Positions 1-10,253 of a stretch of DNA of 64,000 nucleotides are shown here, piece after piece (the first letter of the stretch is position 1; each line of letters begins with the position of its first letter). Made by a program: the position numbers and the translations under genes. The notes beneath the pieces are model-generated. The model was not told where the DNA came from, did no database searches, and worked only from the letters and a program-made list of their open reading frames with translations. Origin of the DNA: Candidatus Cloacimonadales bacterium (GTDB lineage: Bacteria; Cloacimonadota; Cloacimonadia; Cloacimonadales; JAIOQZ01); the NCBI GenBank assembly GCA_963665815.1, contig OY762463.1:1760001-1824000 (forward strand), read 5' to 3'.

Positions 1-125
1 ATTTCACTTGTTCCGTCTCGCAATAAGATGAACAATAATTTCCCGCTTGATCTTGTGTTTCTGATCCAACCTCTTAATGTTATTTCTTCTCCAACGTGAG
101 AAGCTATATCTTTTATCTTAATCAT
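1..125 (-). CDS. asnS: Asparaginyl-tRNA synthetase, N-terminal fragment (runs off window start)
   Basis: Not in the ORF track. Manual translation gives MIKIKDIASHVGEEITLRGWIRNTRSSGKLLFILLRDGTSE, the OB-fold anticodon-binding motif (GW..N.RSSGK..F..LRDG) of AsnRS. An AGGAG RBS lies upstream. Confidence 0.85.
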   Translation of the reverse strand, partial: MIKIKDIASHVGEEITLRGWIRNTRSSGKLLFILLRDGTSE

Positions 126-139
126 TTATATTCTCCTGA

Positions 140-1117
140 TTATTTTTTCATTTTATCCAGTATCTCAAGTGCTACTTTTAATGCCCTGGTTCCTGCTTCC
201 CCGTCAACAACCGGATTTATACCAGCTTCAACCGCATTTACAAAAGACTCAAGCTCCGCTGTCAGAGCATCTTTTTTGCGATTGGAAGCATCCACCTCCA
301 CAATATCAACGAGTTTTTCTTTAGATTCTTCAAAGCTGGTCAGACCTGCCATTACTTTAGGCAGAACTTTATACAATTGCTTTGACTTGGATACAATCTG
401 CACTTTTTTCTCCTGAAAATCCATGGAGAAATACTTGTTCTTCTGAAAGAACCTGAATTTTCTTTCTCTCTTCATGGAAATACGGCTGGAAACAACATTT
501 GCCACAGCACCATTGGCAAACTCTATACGTGCATTGGCAATATCAATGCTTTTTGTTGCAACACTGGCACCACTTGCCCGAATATCTACGACTTCACTCT
601 TAATGAAATCAAGAATAAGGTCGATGTCATGAATCATGAGTTCCAGAACAACAGGAACATCACTTCCTCTTGGAGTGAAAGGAGCTATCCTGTGACACTC
701 AATGAAAAGCGGATCATCAATCTGATCGGCAATCTCCAGAACTACAGGATTAAATCGTTCAATATGCCCGACCTGTACTCTCAGATTACGTTCATTTGCA
801 ATTCTTACCAGATCTTCTGCTTCATGCAGTTCTGCTGTTATTGGCTTTTCAATAAATACATGAATTCCTCTTTCAAGGGCTTCTTTGGCAATTTCATAGT
901 GAGAAATTGTAGTTACTACAATAACCAGAGCCTCCACCTCATTGAGAAGAGAGTTGAGATCAGGAAAAATCTTTGCATTAATTTTGGTGCCGATTTCCTT
1001 TGCTCTTTTTTTTCTTTTGTCGTATATACCAACAAACTCGCAGAAATCTGCCTGACTTAGAATCCTGGCATGATTCTGTCCAAATTGACCGACTCCGACA
1101 ACTCCGACTCTGATCAT
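140..1117 (-). CDS. Gfo/Idh/MocA family NAD-dependent oxidoreductase (GnnA-like)
   Basis: Rossmann motif GVVGVGQFG plus EKP, VGHIERFNP and LMIHDIDL motifs. Confidence 0.9.
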   Translation of the reverse strand: MIRVGVVGVGQFGQNHARILSQADFCEFVGIYDKRKKRAKEIGTKINAKIFPDLNSLLNEVEALVIVVTTISHYEIAKEALERGIHVFIEKPITAELHEAEDLVRIANERNLRVQVGHIERFNPVVLEIADQIDDPLFIECHRIAPFTPRGSDVPVVLELMIHDIDLILDFIKSEVVDIRASGASVATKSIDIANARIEFANGAVANVVSSRISMKRERKFRFFQKNKYFSMDFQEKKVQIVSKSKQLYKVLPKVMAGLTSFEESKEKLVDIVEVDASNRKKDALTAELESFVNAVEAGINPVVDGEAGTRALKVALEILDKMKK

Positions 1118-1265
1118 TATAACTCCTTAATTTACTGTGATTACAATTCAAAATTCATTTTCATGAATAGAGTTTGATGTCAAGAAATTTGTGCTTTGCG
1201 TAAATGATAAAAATATTGACAATAAAAAATTAATATACAAATTTCAAGAAAGTGAAGGAGGAATT

Positions 1266-1637
1266 ATGATTTTCCCATTTGAGTTGATTTTTAATGCTGT
1301 GCTAATGTATTTTATCCTTAATGCAGTCGTAGGAAGAATTGATGATTTTAAATCATTTCTACTTAAATTCATTCTCATTTCATTTATCGCATTCGTAGCA
1401 TCTTTTTTTCTCATTAGGGCTATTGGTGGAATTGGAGGTTTTAGCATTCTAGTTATCTATGTTCTGGGATTTACTTTTTTCCTGCATATTGATATAAAAC
1501 AAAGCCTGCAGTCTGTGGGAATCTTTTTTGTTGTAATGATAATCATTGCAGGTCTAAGTAAATTTATGCATTCCATAATTGCTTATGGACTTATTATTGC
1601 TGCATATTTCATTATATCTGCATTGAGGAAGAAGTAA
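1266..1637 (+). CDS. Small multi-pass membrane protein, unknown function
   Basis: Hydrophobic helices throughout. Start moved to ATG 1266, which follows a GAAGGAGG RBS. Similar to the next gene. Confidence 0.7.
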   Translation: MIFPFELIFNAVLMYFILNAVVGRIDDFKSFLLKFILISFIAFVASFFLIRAIGGIGGFSILVIYVLGFTFFLHIDIKQSLQSVGIFFVVMIIIAGLSKFMHSIIAYGLIIAAYFIISALRKK

Positions 1638-1662
1638 TTCTGTTAATAAACAGGAGGTATCT

Positions 1663-2046
1663 ATGTTGTATCCATTACTCTTTCTATATCATCTGATTAT
1701 TGCATATTTTATTCTTGAAACTGTTACTGGGGAAATTATTGATTTGAAAGCTTTCGCAGAACAGTTTCTATTAATCTATATTCCGACTTTCTTTGCAACG
1801 GTTCTCATGTGGAAGTATGGTAAAATATCCGCTTATGCTGTAGGTCTGGCAGTTTTGTTTTACGGATTCAAAAATCAGCTTAGGATGACCCTGAAAGACT
1901 GCTTTCTCAGTATCGGGCTGTATTGTGTTGTTATTATTGTAGTCCATATACTCAATATCTACATTCCTTATATTCTGGCTTATAGTGTGGTTACTACCGT
2001 TTTTGTTCTCTGGAGATATGTGTTGAGAAGGTTTTTTATCAGATAG
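1663..2046 (+). CDS. Small multi-pass membrane protein, paralogue of the upstream gene
   Basis: AGGAGG RBS. YFILETVTGEIIDLKAFAEQFLLI aligns with YFILNAVVGRIDDFKSFLLKFILI. Confidence 0.7.
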   Translation: MLYPLLFLYHLIIAYFILETVTGEIIDLKAFAEQFLLIYIPTFFATVLMWKYGKISAYAVGLAVLFYGFKNQLRMTLKDCFLSIGLYCVVIIVVHILNIYIPYILAYSVVTTVFVLWRYVLRRFFIR

Positions 2047-2233
2047 GTGTGTTGTTTGGTGTCGTAGTGTTTACTCATGTACATACTAAACTGTGTAAGT
2101 TCACTGGTAAAAACAGGTACTCCCTTTACTATTTATATTGACACAAATTTTTAATTGAGATATACAACAAACTGCCATAAAAGTATTTAGCATAGCAAAT
2201 AATTAAATGTACTGATTAAGAATGTAAAAAATC

Positions 2234-2261
2234 TTGACACATAAATGTACCGGTGTACTAT
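2234..2261 (+). promoter_or_regulatory. Putative sigma70 promoter of sppA
   Basis: TTGACA (2234-2239), 16 nt spacer, TACTAT (2256-2261). Confidence 0.5.
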
Positions 2262-2294
2262 TGTACCATAACACCAAAACATAAGGAGAATGTT

Positions 2295-4754
2295 ATGAAA
2301 AAGTTTTCAGTTTTGATACTTGCTTTATTTATTTTCAGCTTTGTATTTGCAGAAGCTGATTATATTCACAGTCCTAATAATATGAAGCTGCCCGTTGCGG
2401 CAACTGATGACGTATTTTCAGGAAAAACAAATCCTGCAGCAGCAGCGTTTGATAATGCTGAAGGGCTTGGATTTATGCGTAACTTTAATGATAGTGATGA
2501 TTTCTTCGGGAAAAACTACTCAATAGTCATGGGTGGAAATCTTGGTTTTGTTTACGATAGATACAATAGTTCAAACTACTATAAACTCTATCTTGGAACA
2601 GAAGTATTTGATAATTTTTATCTTGGAGCCAACTGGGATTGGAAGGACCATACTTTCGATACAGGTAATTTCGGAGCATCAATGCTCTATCGTCCCATAA
2701 ACAGCCTTTCTCTTGGTGCAGTATATAACAAAAGATATGTAAGTACAGAAACTAGTATGATCGAAAAAGAAGTCTATACAGCAGGTATAGCTGTCAGACC
2801 ACTTTACTTTTCGGAAAAATTACATAACAGATTAACGCTTACAGTTGATGCCAATGTTTACAGTGGTGAAATGAAAAGTCCTACAATAGGAATTTCAACA
2901 GAATTCCTTAATGGTTATTTCCTCGGTGGTTATGCTGATCTTGAAGAAGAAACATTCGGTTTTCGTTTCTCTACATCTTTTGGTAATTCTAAAGGAGGAT
3001 GCATAGCTAACTTCAATATGAATGATGATGATGCAACAGGTAAGGAATCCGGTTTCACAGAAGGTATTTATCATACTCAGATTAATGAAAAAGTTTTCAG
3101 AGCATTCATGCCAAAGTTTGGAACAAAAAAATACTACGAGTTGAATCTTGATAAAGTGGTTGTGGATAAAAGATCAGGAATTAAACTTGGTCCTATCACA
3201 TTGTCATTAGATAAACAAATGGAATTACAAGAGCTTGTTTCTATCCTTAAAACAATCGAACTTGATAAAAGCTATGATGGTGTAATTGTAAAACCAACCA
3301 AATTCGGAACTAATCTGGCAAACTACATGGAGTTAAAAGATGCATTTCTCAGTATGAAGAAATCAGGGAAAAAGGTTATCTTCTATTTTGAAAATATTGG
3401 AAACTTCAATTATGCTTTTGCAGCTTCAGTTGCAGATAAAATCTACTTGAATCCTAATGGAACAGCAGATATTAAAGGTTTTGCAGCAACAATGCCTTAT
3501 ATCAAAGGTCTTCTCGATACTCTCGGTATTGATGTTGTAAATCTCAGATCTCACAAATACAAAACAGCTATGAATATGTTCTCAGAAACAGAAATGACTC
3601 CAACTGAGCGTGAAGCACTGGAATACATCTTTAACGGTATTACAGACGAGTACAAAAAGTTGATTACAAGTGGAAGAGGAGATAAACTTACAGAATCTAT
3701 AGATACTATCGTAGAAAACGGACCATATTTTGATGCAAAAGATCTTATTGCTAAAGGACTTGTTGACGGTCTTATATATGAAAATGATCTAAAAGAAGAG
3801 ATTGCAACAATGGAAGGCACTAAAGTTTTCTACATAAATAACATTCGTAGAGTTAACTATCACTATAACTGGAAGAAACCTGAAACAGCTAATGTAGCAG
3901 TTATTTATGCTGAAGGTAACATTCATTCAGGAAAATCACAGGTTGGAAAATCAATAGGATCAAAAACTTATGCAGATGCTATTGAGGCAGCAAGAAAGAA
4001 TAAGAATATTGATGCGATCATTCTCCGCGTTAACAGCGGCGGTGGTGGTGCAATAGCTTCAGATATTATTGCTCATGAAATCAAGAAATGTACAACAGGT
4101 GAAAATGCAAAACCTGTAATTGCATCCATGGGCGGCTATGCAGCATCCGGAGGATATTTCATCAGTTGTCATGCAGACAAGATTTATGCTGACCCAACCA
4201 CAATCACCGGTTCCATTGGTGTCGTCGGAATGATGATGAGCGGTGAAGAGCTTCTTAAGAAAATTAAGGTTAACTTCTCTACCGTTAAAACCAGTAAGTA
4301 TGCAGATCTGGGTTCATTTACCCGTAAAATGACTGATGAAGAAAAGCAAATGATGGAAAAATACATTCATGTTTCTTATGATTCATTTATTGGAAATGTA
4401 GCAGAAGGCAGAGGAATGTCTAAGGAAGAAGTTCATAAAGTTGCCCAGGGAAGAGTTTGGACAGGTGTACAAGCTAAAGAAAGAGGACTTATTGATGAAC
4501 TTGGAACTCTTGAAGATGTTAAGGAAGATCTCAAAAAACAACTTGGTGTTGAAAAACTTTATATCAGAGAATATCCAAAAGCAGAAAACATCCTTACAAT
4601 CAATATGGATGGTTCGCTGGTAACTATGGGAGCAGGAAGTCTTATCCCTGAAGAACTTGCAGAACATCTTGAGCAATTCAAACAGCTTGCAAATGTCAAA
4701 GAAGAAAGAGTACTCTATTTACTACCTTATCTTCTTAATCAAAGCTACGAATAG
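2295..4754 (+). CDS. sppA: Signal peptide peptidase SppA (S49, tandem-domain type) with extra N-terminal beta-barrel-like region
   Basis: ILRVNSGGG, catalytic-Ser region GGYAASGGYFISC, TITGSIGV, SHKYKTA Lys region and QGRVWTG. Signal peptide starts at ATG 2295 after an AAGGAG RBS. Confidence 0.9.
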   Translation: MKKFSVLILALFIFSFVFAEADYIHSPNNMKLPVAATDDVFSGKTNPAAAAFDNAEGLGFMRNFNDSDDFFGKNYSIVMGGNLGFVYDRYNSSNYYKLYLGTEVFDNFYLGANWDWKDHTFDTGNFGASMLYRPINSLSLGAVYNKRYVSTETSMIEKEVYTAGIAVRPLYFSEKLHNRLTLTVDANVYSGEMKSPTIGISTEFLNGYFLGGYADLEEETFGFRFSTSFGNSKGGCIANFNMNDDDATGKESGFTEGIYHTQINEKVFRAFMPKFGTKKYYELNLDKVVVDKRSGIKLGPITLSLDKQMELQELVSILKTIELDKSYDGVIVKPTKFGTNLANYMELKDAFLSMKKSGKKVIFYFENIGNFNYAFAASVADKIYLNPNGTADIKGFAATMPYIKGLLDTLGIDVVNLRSHKYKTAMNMFSETEMTPTEREALEYIFNGITDEYKKLITSGRGDKLTESIDTIVENGPYFDAKDLIAKGLVDGLIYENDLKEEIATMEGTKVFYINNIRRVNYHYNWKKPETANVAVIYAEGNIHSGKSQVGKSIGSKTYADAIEAARKNKNIDAIILRVNSGGGGAIASDIIAHEIKKCTTGENAKPVIASMGGYAASGGYFISCHADKIYADPTTITGSIGVVGMMMSGEELLKKIKVNFSTVKTSKYADLGSFTRKMTDEEKQMMEKYIHVSYDSFIGNVAEGRGMSKEEVHKVAQGRVWTGVQAKERGLIDELGTLEDVKEDLKKQLGVEKLYIREYPKAENILTINMDGSLVTMGAGSLIPEELAEHLEQFKQLANVKEERVLYLLPYLLNQSYE

Positions 4755-4778
4755 AACAATCTCAATTCATACATACAG

Positions 4779-4809
4779 AAAAGCCTGTTGGGTAAATCCG
4801 ACAGGCTTT
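4779..4809. terminator. Probable bidirectional intrinsic terminator
   Basis: Hairpin AAAGCCTGTTGG-GTAAAT-CCGACAGGCTTT between the convergent sppA and RND genes. Confidence 0.75.
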
Positions 4810-4842
4810 AACTTTAATGTATGATTTGACTAAGAATAGCTT

Positions 4843-7800
4843 TTATTTATCTGATCTACTCTTAGTTTTTGTAAACACGTAATACAAAGAAGGAATAAGA
4901 AGCAGGGTAAGCAGAGTGGAAGTTATCATACCGCCAATCTGTACCATTGCCATAGGAATTCTCATTTCTTTACCGGCAGATCCGAATCCAAGTGCCATAG
5001 GGAGCATACCGAGAACAATAGCAGAAGTTGTCATGAGAACAGCACGCATCTTTGTCGGGCAGGCAACAATTAACGCTTCTTTAACACTCATACCGTTTTT
5101 ATCCTGCAGCATTTTGGTATAATCAAGAATCAGGATCGCATCGTTAACCACCAGCCCGATCAGCATAATAATCGCCATCATCGAGAACATATTCATAGAT
5201 GTTCCTGTAAGAATCATCAGCAGGAACACTCCGATTGTTGCCATAGGCAGGGTTGATAAGATAAGCAGCGGTTGGAAGAATGATTCCAGAATAGAGGCAA
5301 GCAACATGTAAGTAAGTATAATAGCAATCATAAATGCCATACCCATATCCATTTTAGTCTCTTCCATCATCTCAGCATCACCACCAAGTTTATGGGTTAT
5401 TTCGTTCGGGAAGTTCATCGATTCGAAAATATCCTCTATCTGAGTTGTAATCTTATCTATGGTTATTCCCGCAGCGGCACTACCTTTCACTTCAACAGTA
5501 GGAAGCTTATCCATGTGTTGAATTTCTGTTGTTCCTTCAGTGTATTTCACTTCAGCTAACTGACTGACTTTATATGTACCATTAGCTGTAACAACAGGCA
5601 AAGCGGCAAGCTCTTCCGGGGAATCTACTGCGGAATCCTTGAGACAAACCCTGATATCATATTCCTCTCCCCTGTCTCTGTAAACAGATGGAACGACACC
5701 CTCCAAAGCATTACGTACAGTCATGGAAAGATCATAAGCCGTCAGTCCCAGATCAGAAAGAAGTTTTCTGTCAGGGATAAGAGTAATCTCAGGTTTACCA
5801 ATTCTGAAAGAAGTATCATAATTGATAAGACCTTTTACATTACGCATTTTTGCGTTCAGTTCAGGAATATACGATTCCAGTTGATCCTTGTCAGGACCAA
5901 TAAGAAAGTACTGAATTTGTTCCTGATCATCCCGGTTTGGTTTACAATTTATTTTTGCGTCTGTAACTTCTGATAGCTTCTCTATAAATTCTTGATTTAC
6001 TTCTGCAGCTGTAATATTTCTGTATTTTGCATCTCTCAGTCTAACTGCTATTTTGGCCTTATGAGTTCCCTTATCATCACCCAGAGTAGTTAATACCTGC
6101 TCAACAAGTTCATTCTCGAGAACAATATCTTCTATTCTTTTTATGGTTGAAGCAGTCTTCTCCAGAGTAGCCCCAAGAGGCATTTCAGCCCTGACAACAA
6201 TATCTCCGGAGTCAAATGCCGGCATAAATTCCATTCCGGGAGTTCCAGTTGCTCCCATATACATAAATAATCCGATAAGAGATACAATCATGAGAAACAG
6301 AAAGAATAATGGTCTCTTCTTATTACCCAGAACAAACTTCAAAAGATGAGTATATTTTTCCTCAAACCAGTTAAATCGACTATCCATAAATCGTCCGAAC
6401 CAACCTTTCTTCTCTTCAAGAGGTAAGATAATGGATGCCAGCATTGGAGTTAAGGTAAATGACATAAGCAGTGAAAACACTGTTGAGAACACAACTGTAA
6501 GTGCGAACTCAACAAAGAACTGACCTGCCAGAGATGTCATGGAAGCAATTGGCAGGAACACAACAAGATTTGTAGCGGTGGAAGCTATTACTGCGGTTGT
6601 AACTTCAGCAGTACCTTCCCGAGCGGCATCTTTCTTTTTACGTCCCATTTTCCTGAACCTGAATATATTCTCCAACACCACAATTGAGTTGGATACCAGA
6701 ACCCCGACCGCTGTCGAAAGCCCCATAAGGGAAAGCATGTTAAGAGAGAATCCCATAGCATCTAACACAATGAATGTTGATATAATAGATGTTGGCATAG
6801 ATATAGCAACAATTAATGTAGATCTTAAGTCTGTAAGAAATAAGAACAGAACCAGACCTGTCAGAAGAACTCCCAGTATCAGGTTCTCAATTGTATCCTC
6901 TACTGATGCTTTTATAAATATAGAATTATCGTATAATACGTTCAGTTTCATTCCCGCGGGAAGAGATTTACTGATCTCAGGTATCATTCCGATAACCTCT
7001 TCAGCAAGGGCTACCGTATTAGCATCGGAAGCCTTCAGTAAACTGAATGTCAGAACGTTATCATTCCTGAATTTCTTGATATTGTCAAAGTAAACAGATT
7101 TCAGTCTTACATCCTTATAACTATCTTTCACATCAGCTAAATCTTTTATCTTTTTGGTTGTCATTCCAGCAGGTATTTCCAGATTTTTCAGCTCATCCAG
7201 ATTCTGGAACTCCGCATCGGTTTTAATCGTTGTCTCTCGATTTTCATTTTTAAAATATCCTGCAGAAATTTCGGCGTTGTTCGCTGCAATAAAATCTCCC
7301 ATCATTGAGATAGAAAGATTGTTCTCAAAAAGAGTTCTGGAATCACTTTCCACTCTTATCTCACGCTCTTTACCACCGGATATTTCCACTCTGGCAACAC
7401 CAGCAACCTGAGCAAATTTATCTTTAAGACGATTATCAGCATAATCATATAAGTCCAGTCCACTGACGAGATCTTTATCCCCACTTAGGACAACTTGTAC
7501 AACCGGTTCTGAGCCAATCTCAAATTTTTCAACAGCAGGTTGTTCTGCATCTCCGGGGAGCTCTGCAACAATAGCAGAAACTTTATCTTTTACTTCCTGA
7601 TTAGCTACATCAGGATCTTTATCCAAAGCAAATTTAATCCAGACCATGGAAACATTCTGCATGGAAAATGACTGGATGTTTTCAATTCCGCTAATCGTAG
7701 CAATCTGTTCTTCAATAACATTTGTAATCTGCTTTTCAACTTCTTCCGGACCTGCTCCAATATAGATTGTTTTTATAGATACGAACGGAAAGTTCACATC

Positions 7801-7914
7801 AGGAAACATATCCACAGGCAGTTTAAAGAAGGAAAGAAATCCAAACATAATCAGTGCTGCAATAATCATTGTGATCATTACAGGTTTCTTTATAGCAATG
7901 TTTGATAAAAACAT
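4843..7914 (-). CDS. RND efflux permease (AcrB/AcrD/AcrF family)
   Basis: 1023 aa. N-terminus AIKKPV..LPVDMFP, GAGPEEVE, IVVLENI and SFTLTPML motifs; 12-TM pattern. Confidence 0.95.
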   Translation of the reverse strand: MFLSNIAIKKPVMITMIIAALIMFGFLSFFKLPVDMFPDVNFPFVSIKTIYIGAGPEEVEKQITNVIEEQIATISGIENIQSFSMQNVSMVWIKFALDKDPDVANQEVKDKVSAIVAELPGDAEQPAVEKFEIGSEPVVQVVLSGDKDLVSGLDLYDYADNRLKDKFAQVAGVARVEISGGKEREIRVESDSRTLFENNLSISMMGDFIAANNAEISAGYFKNENRETTIKTDAEFQNLDELKNLEIPAGMTTKKIKDLADVKDSYKDVRLKSVYFDNIKKFRNDNVLTFSLLKASDANTVALAEEVIGMIPEISKSLPAGMKLNVLYDNSIFIKASVEDTIENLILGVLLTGLVLFLFLTDLRSTLIVAISMPTSIISTFIVLDAMGFSLNMLSLMGLSTAVGVLVSNSIVVLENIFRFRKMGRKKKDAAREGTAEVTTAVIASTATNLVVFLPIASMTSLAGQFFVEFALTVVFSTVFSLLMSFTLTPMLASIILPLEEKKGWFGRFMDSRFNWFEEKYTHLLKFVLGNKKRPLFFLFLMIVSLIGLFMYMGATGTPGMEFMPAFDSGDIVVRAEMPLGATLEKTASTIKRIEDIVLENELVEQVLTTLGDDKGTHKAKIAVRLRDAKYRNITAAEVNQEFIEKLSEVTDAKINCKPNRDDQEQIQYFLIGPDKDQLESYIPELNAKMRNVKGLINYDTSFRIGKPEITLIPDRKLLSDLGLTAYDLSMTVRNALEGVVPSVYRDRGEEYDIRVCLKDSAVDSPEELAALPVVTANGTYKVSQLAEVKYTEGTTEIQHMDKLPTVEVKGSAAAGITIDKITTQIEDIFESMNFPNEITHKLGGDAEMMEETKMDMGMAFMIAIILTYMLLASILESFFQPLLILSTLPMATIGVFLLMILTGTSMNMFSMMAIIMLIGLVVNDAILILDYTKMLQDKNGMSVKEALIVACPTKMRAVLMTTSAIVLGMLPMALGFGSAGKEMRIPMAMVQIGGMITSTLLTLLLIPSLYYVFTKTKSRSDK

Positions 7915-7923
7915 TATTTCTCC

Positions 7924-8952
7924 TTAGTCCTGAATATTCAGTTTTGCCTTATCGTAAATCAGTTCCAGACCCTCAACTACCAAGCTTTCACCAGCACTAA
8001 GCCCTGATCCGATCTCCAGATTTGAGCCCGATACGTTAGCAATAGTAACAGGTCTTTTCTGAGCGACACCATTGTTGTTAATCCAGACCATAGGCTTTAC
8101 TGATATATTCTTAACATTTTCACTGGAGACAACCACTGCAGTATCGTTTCTGTATACTTCAAGATTGATCTCGGCAGTAACACCGCCCTTAATCTCTGTT
8201 CCGGGGTTATCAAAAACTGCTACTGCTCTGAATGCTTTGTGTGTTTTATCCATTGCCAGAGCTACTTCAGTAACTTTTCCGCTGATCTCATGAGATTTCC
8301 AAACAGCTTTGACATTCAGTCCTTTCTTGAAGAAATCTATATTGTCTTCTGTAATCCAGATTACAGCTTTAAGTTTTGTCAGATCGGAAATTGTAAACAA
8401 GGGCAGATCAACATCAACAAATTCGGTCTTCTTCATGAAGAATTCAGTTATAACACCATTGTATGGAGCTACTACATCTGTCATGGACTTAAGAGTCTTG
8501 TAGTTTTCCTTTGCCACTATGTACTGGGTTTCTACATCATCAAGATCCTGACGTGCAATGCTTCCGGCTTCAAATAAGCTTTTCATTCGATTGTACATTT
8601 TCTCAAGATTCTCATATTGAGCCTTAGCCTGCACATACTGGCTGCTATGACTATCCTTAGGAAATTCTACAATCACAGCATCTTTTTTGACATAATCACC
8701 AATATTAGCGTTAATCTTCTTAACGTAATCAGCAGCTTTATTATATACTGTAGTCTGCTTGTAACCTTCCATTTCAGCAAAGAAAGTTATGTTTTTGCTG
8801 AATGAACTTGTCTTCACGGTCTCAACTTTCACCGGAATTCCCTGTTCTTTATAAAGGTCTTCCATACTTTTTACTTCTTTTTTATCTTTCTTGCATCCGG
8901 CAAGTACTATCAGTATTATTGACAGGATAATAACGATTCTATGTACTTTCAT
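7924..8952 (-). CDS. RND periplasmic adaptor (membrane fusion lipoprotein)
   Basis: Lipobox LAGC, lipoyl and alpha-hairpin pattern (GDYVKKD, APYNGVI), C-terminal GLSAGESLVVEG, operon context. Confidence 0.92.
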   Translation of the reverse strand: MKVHRIVIILSIILIVLAGCKKDKKEVKSMEDLYKEQGIPVKVETVKTSSFSKNITFFAEMEGYKQTTVYNKAADYVKKINANIGDYVKKDAVIVEFPKDSHSSQYVQAKAQYENLEKMYNRMKSLFEAGSIARQDLDDVETQYIVAKENYKTLKSMTDVVAPYNGVITEFFMKKTEFVDVDLPLFTISDLTKLKAVIWITEDNIDFFKKGLNVKAVWKSHEISGKVTEVALAMDKTHKAFRAVAVFDNPGTEIKGGVTAEINLEVYRNDTAVVVSSENVKNISVKPMVWINNNGVAQKRPVTIANVSGSNLEIGSGLSAGESLVVEGLELIYDKAKLNIQD

Positions 8953-8963
8953 CAGATCTCCTT

Positions 8964-10232
8964 TTATAATTTTCTTCCAATTGATTTTTTGAATCCTTCG
9001 AGGGATATCAGTAAGTTATATTCAGAAAGGGATTTATTTAGTTTTGCTTTCTTTAATGATAACTGAGCATCCAGAATTTCCAGAATCGTTCCCAGCTTAT
9101 TATTGTAACGTGATTCAGCTATAGTTAATCCTTTTTCAGCAAGTGCAAGACCTTTAATGCTGGCTTCCAATGATTTCCTGTTTTCTTCTACACTCATCCG
9201 GTAATTCCTGATTTCTATCTCAATGTTCTTTTTCGCAAGATCATCTTCCAGTCTGGCAATCTTGTAGTCATGCATACTTTTTCTGGTCTTGAAAAGATTG
9301 CTCTGCCCTGTGAAAATCGGCATTTCAAAAGCTATCCCTGCAGTAAATCCCTTTGAGGTAAAGTCAGAATCATATTCAAATTTGTCGTTGCTGTGAACAT
9401 GCTTCAATGATGCACTCAGGAAAAATTGAGGTAAAAAACTCATCTTCTCATTGCGATATACAATCTTGTTTATATCTACATTCAGCGCAGACATCTTCAA
9501 TTCTATTCTATCATTCATACCATCATTGATTGCCTGATCAATATCCGGTAGAGTTTCAGATGGAGCGATAATCATACCTTCCAGTTCCGGAGCATCTTCA
9601 AGACCCAGATGAACCATCAGATCTTTGACAGCCAGTTCATGTTCCCTTTCTGCTTTAGCCAGATCAGGCTTCAGGTTCTCCACCTCAAGCTCAGCTCTCA
9701 GCATATCGTACTCGGAAGCCAATCCCTTGATATACATATCATTGATATGATTGTAGTGCTTTGTTGCCACTTCAACCGCATCCTTGTTAATATTGTAAAC
9801 ATCTTCAGCAAGCAGTACAGAATAAAACTTCACATGAGTATCATAGATTGTGTTCTCTACAGACAGATTTACAGATTCATCCTGAGTTGCAGTATAAACT
9901 TTTGCTGCCTGCAATCCATTGAATACACCTGCAGAAAACAGTATCTGACTGACGTCAAGACTTGTACTGAAATTCAGAGCTTTTTTAGATATAGCGAGCT
10001 CAAGTCCTGCTTCGGGAGAGTTCTTTTCAATCCCGTAAGCTCCTTTCAGTTTAAATTGGGGATACAGATTAACCTTATAAGACTTATAATCTGCAATTGC
10101 AGAGTCTCTCTGTTCCACTTTACTTTTATGTGTTATGTTCTTTTCCAATGCCAGTTTAACAGCATCATCCAACGTCAATGACATCAGATTTCCGATAAAG
10201 CACATACACATCAGAATAAACAGTTTTCTCAT
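8964..10232 (-). CDS. TolC-family outer membrane efflux protein
   Basis: LTLDDAVKLALEKN, LYPQF and RYNNKLGTILEILDAQ repeats; operon context. Confidence 0.92.
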   Translation of the reverse strand: MRKLFILMCMCFIGNLMSLTLDDAVKLALEKNITHKSKVEQRDSAIADYKSYKVNLYPQFKLKGAYGIEKNSPEAGLELAISKKALNFSTSLDVSQILFSAGVFNGLQAAKVYTATQDESVNLSVENTIYDTHVKFYSVLLAEDVYNINKDAVEVATKHYNHINDMYIKGLASEYDMLRAELEVENLKPDLAKAEREHELAVKDLMVHLGLEDAPELEGMIIAPSETLPDIDQAINDGMNDRIELKMSALNVDINKIVYRNEKMSFLPQFFLSASLKHVHSNDKFEYDSDFTSKGFTAGIAFEMPIFTGQSNLFKTRKSMHDYKIARLEDDLAKKNIEIEIRNYRMSVEENRKSLEASIKGLALAEKGLTIAESRYNNKLGTILEILDAQLSLKKAKLNKSLSEYNLLISLEGFKKSIGRKL

Positions 10233-10253
10233 TCTCTCTCCATTTATTTTGTA

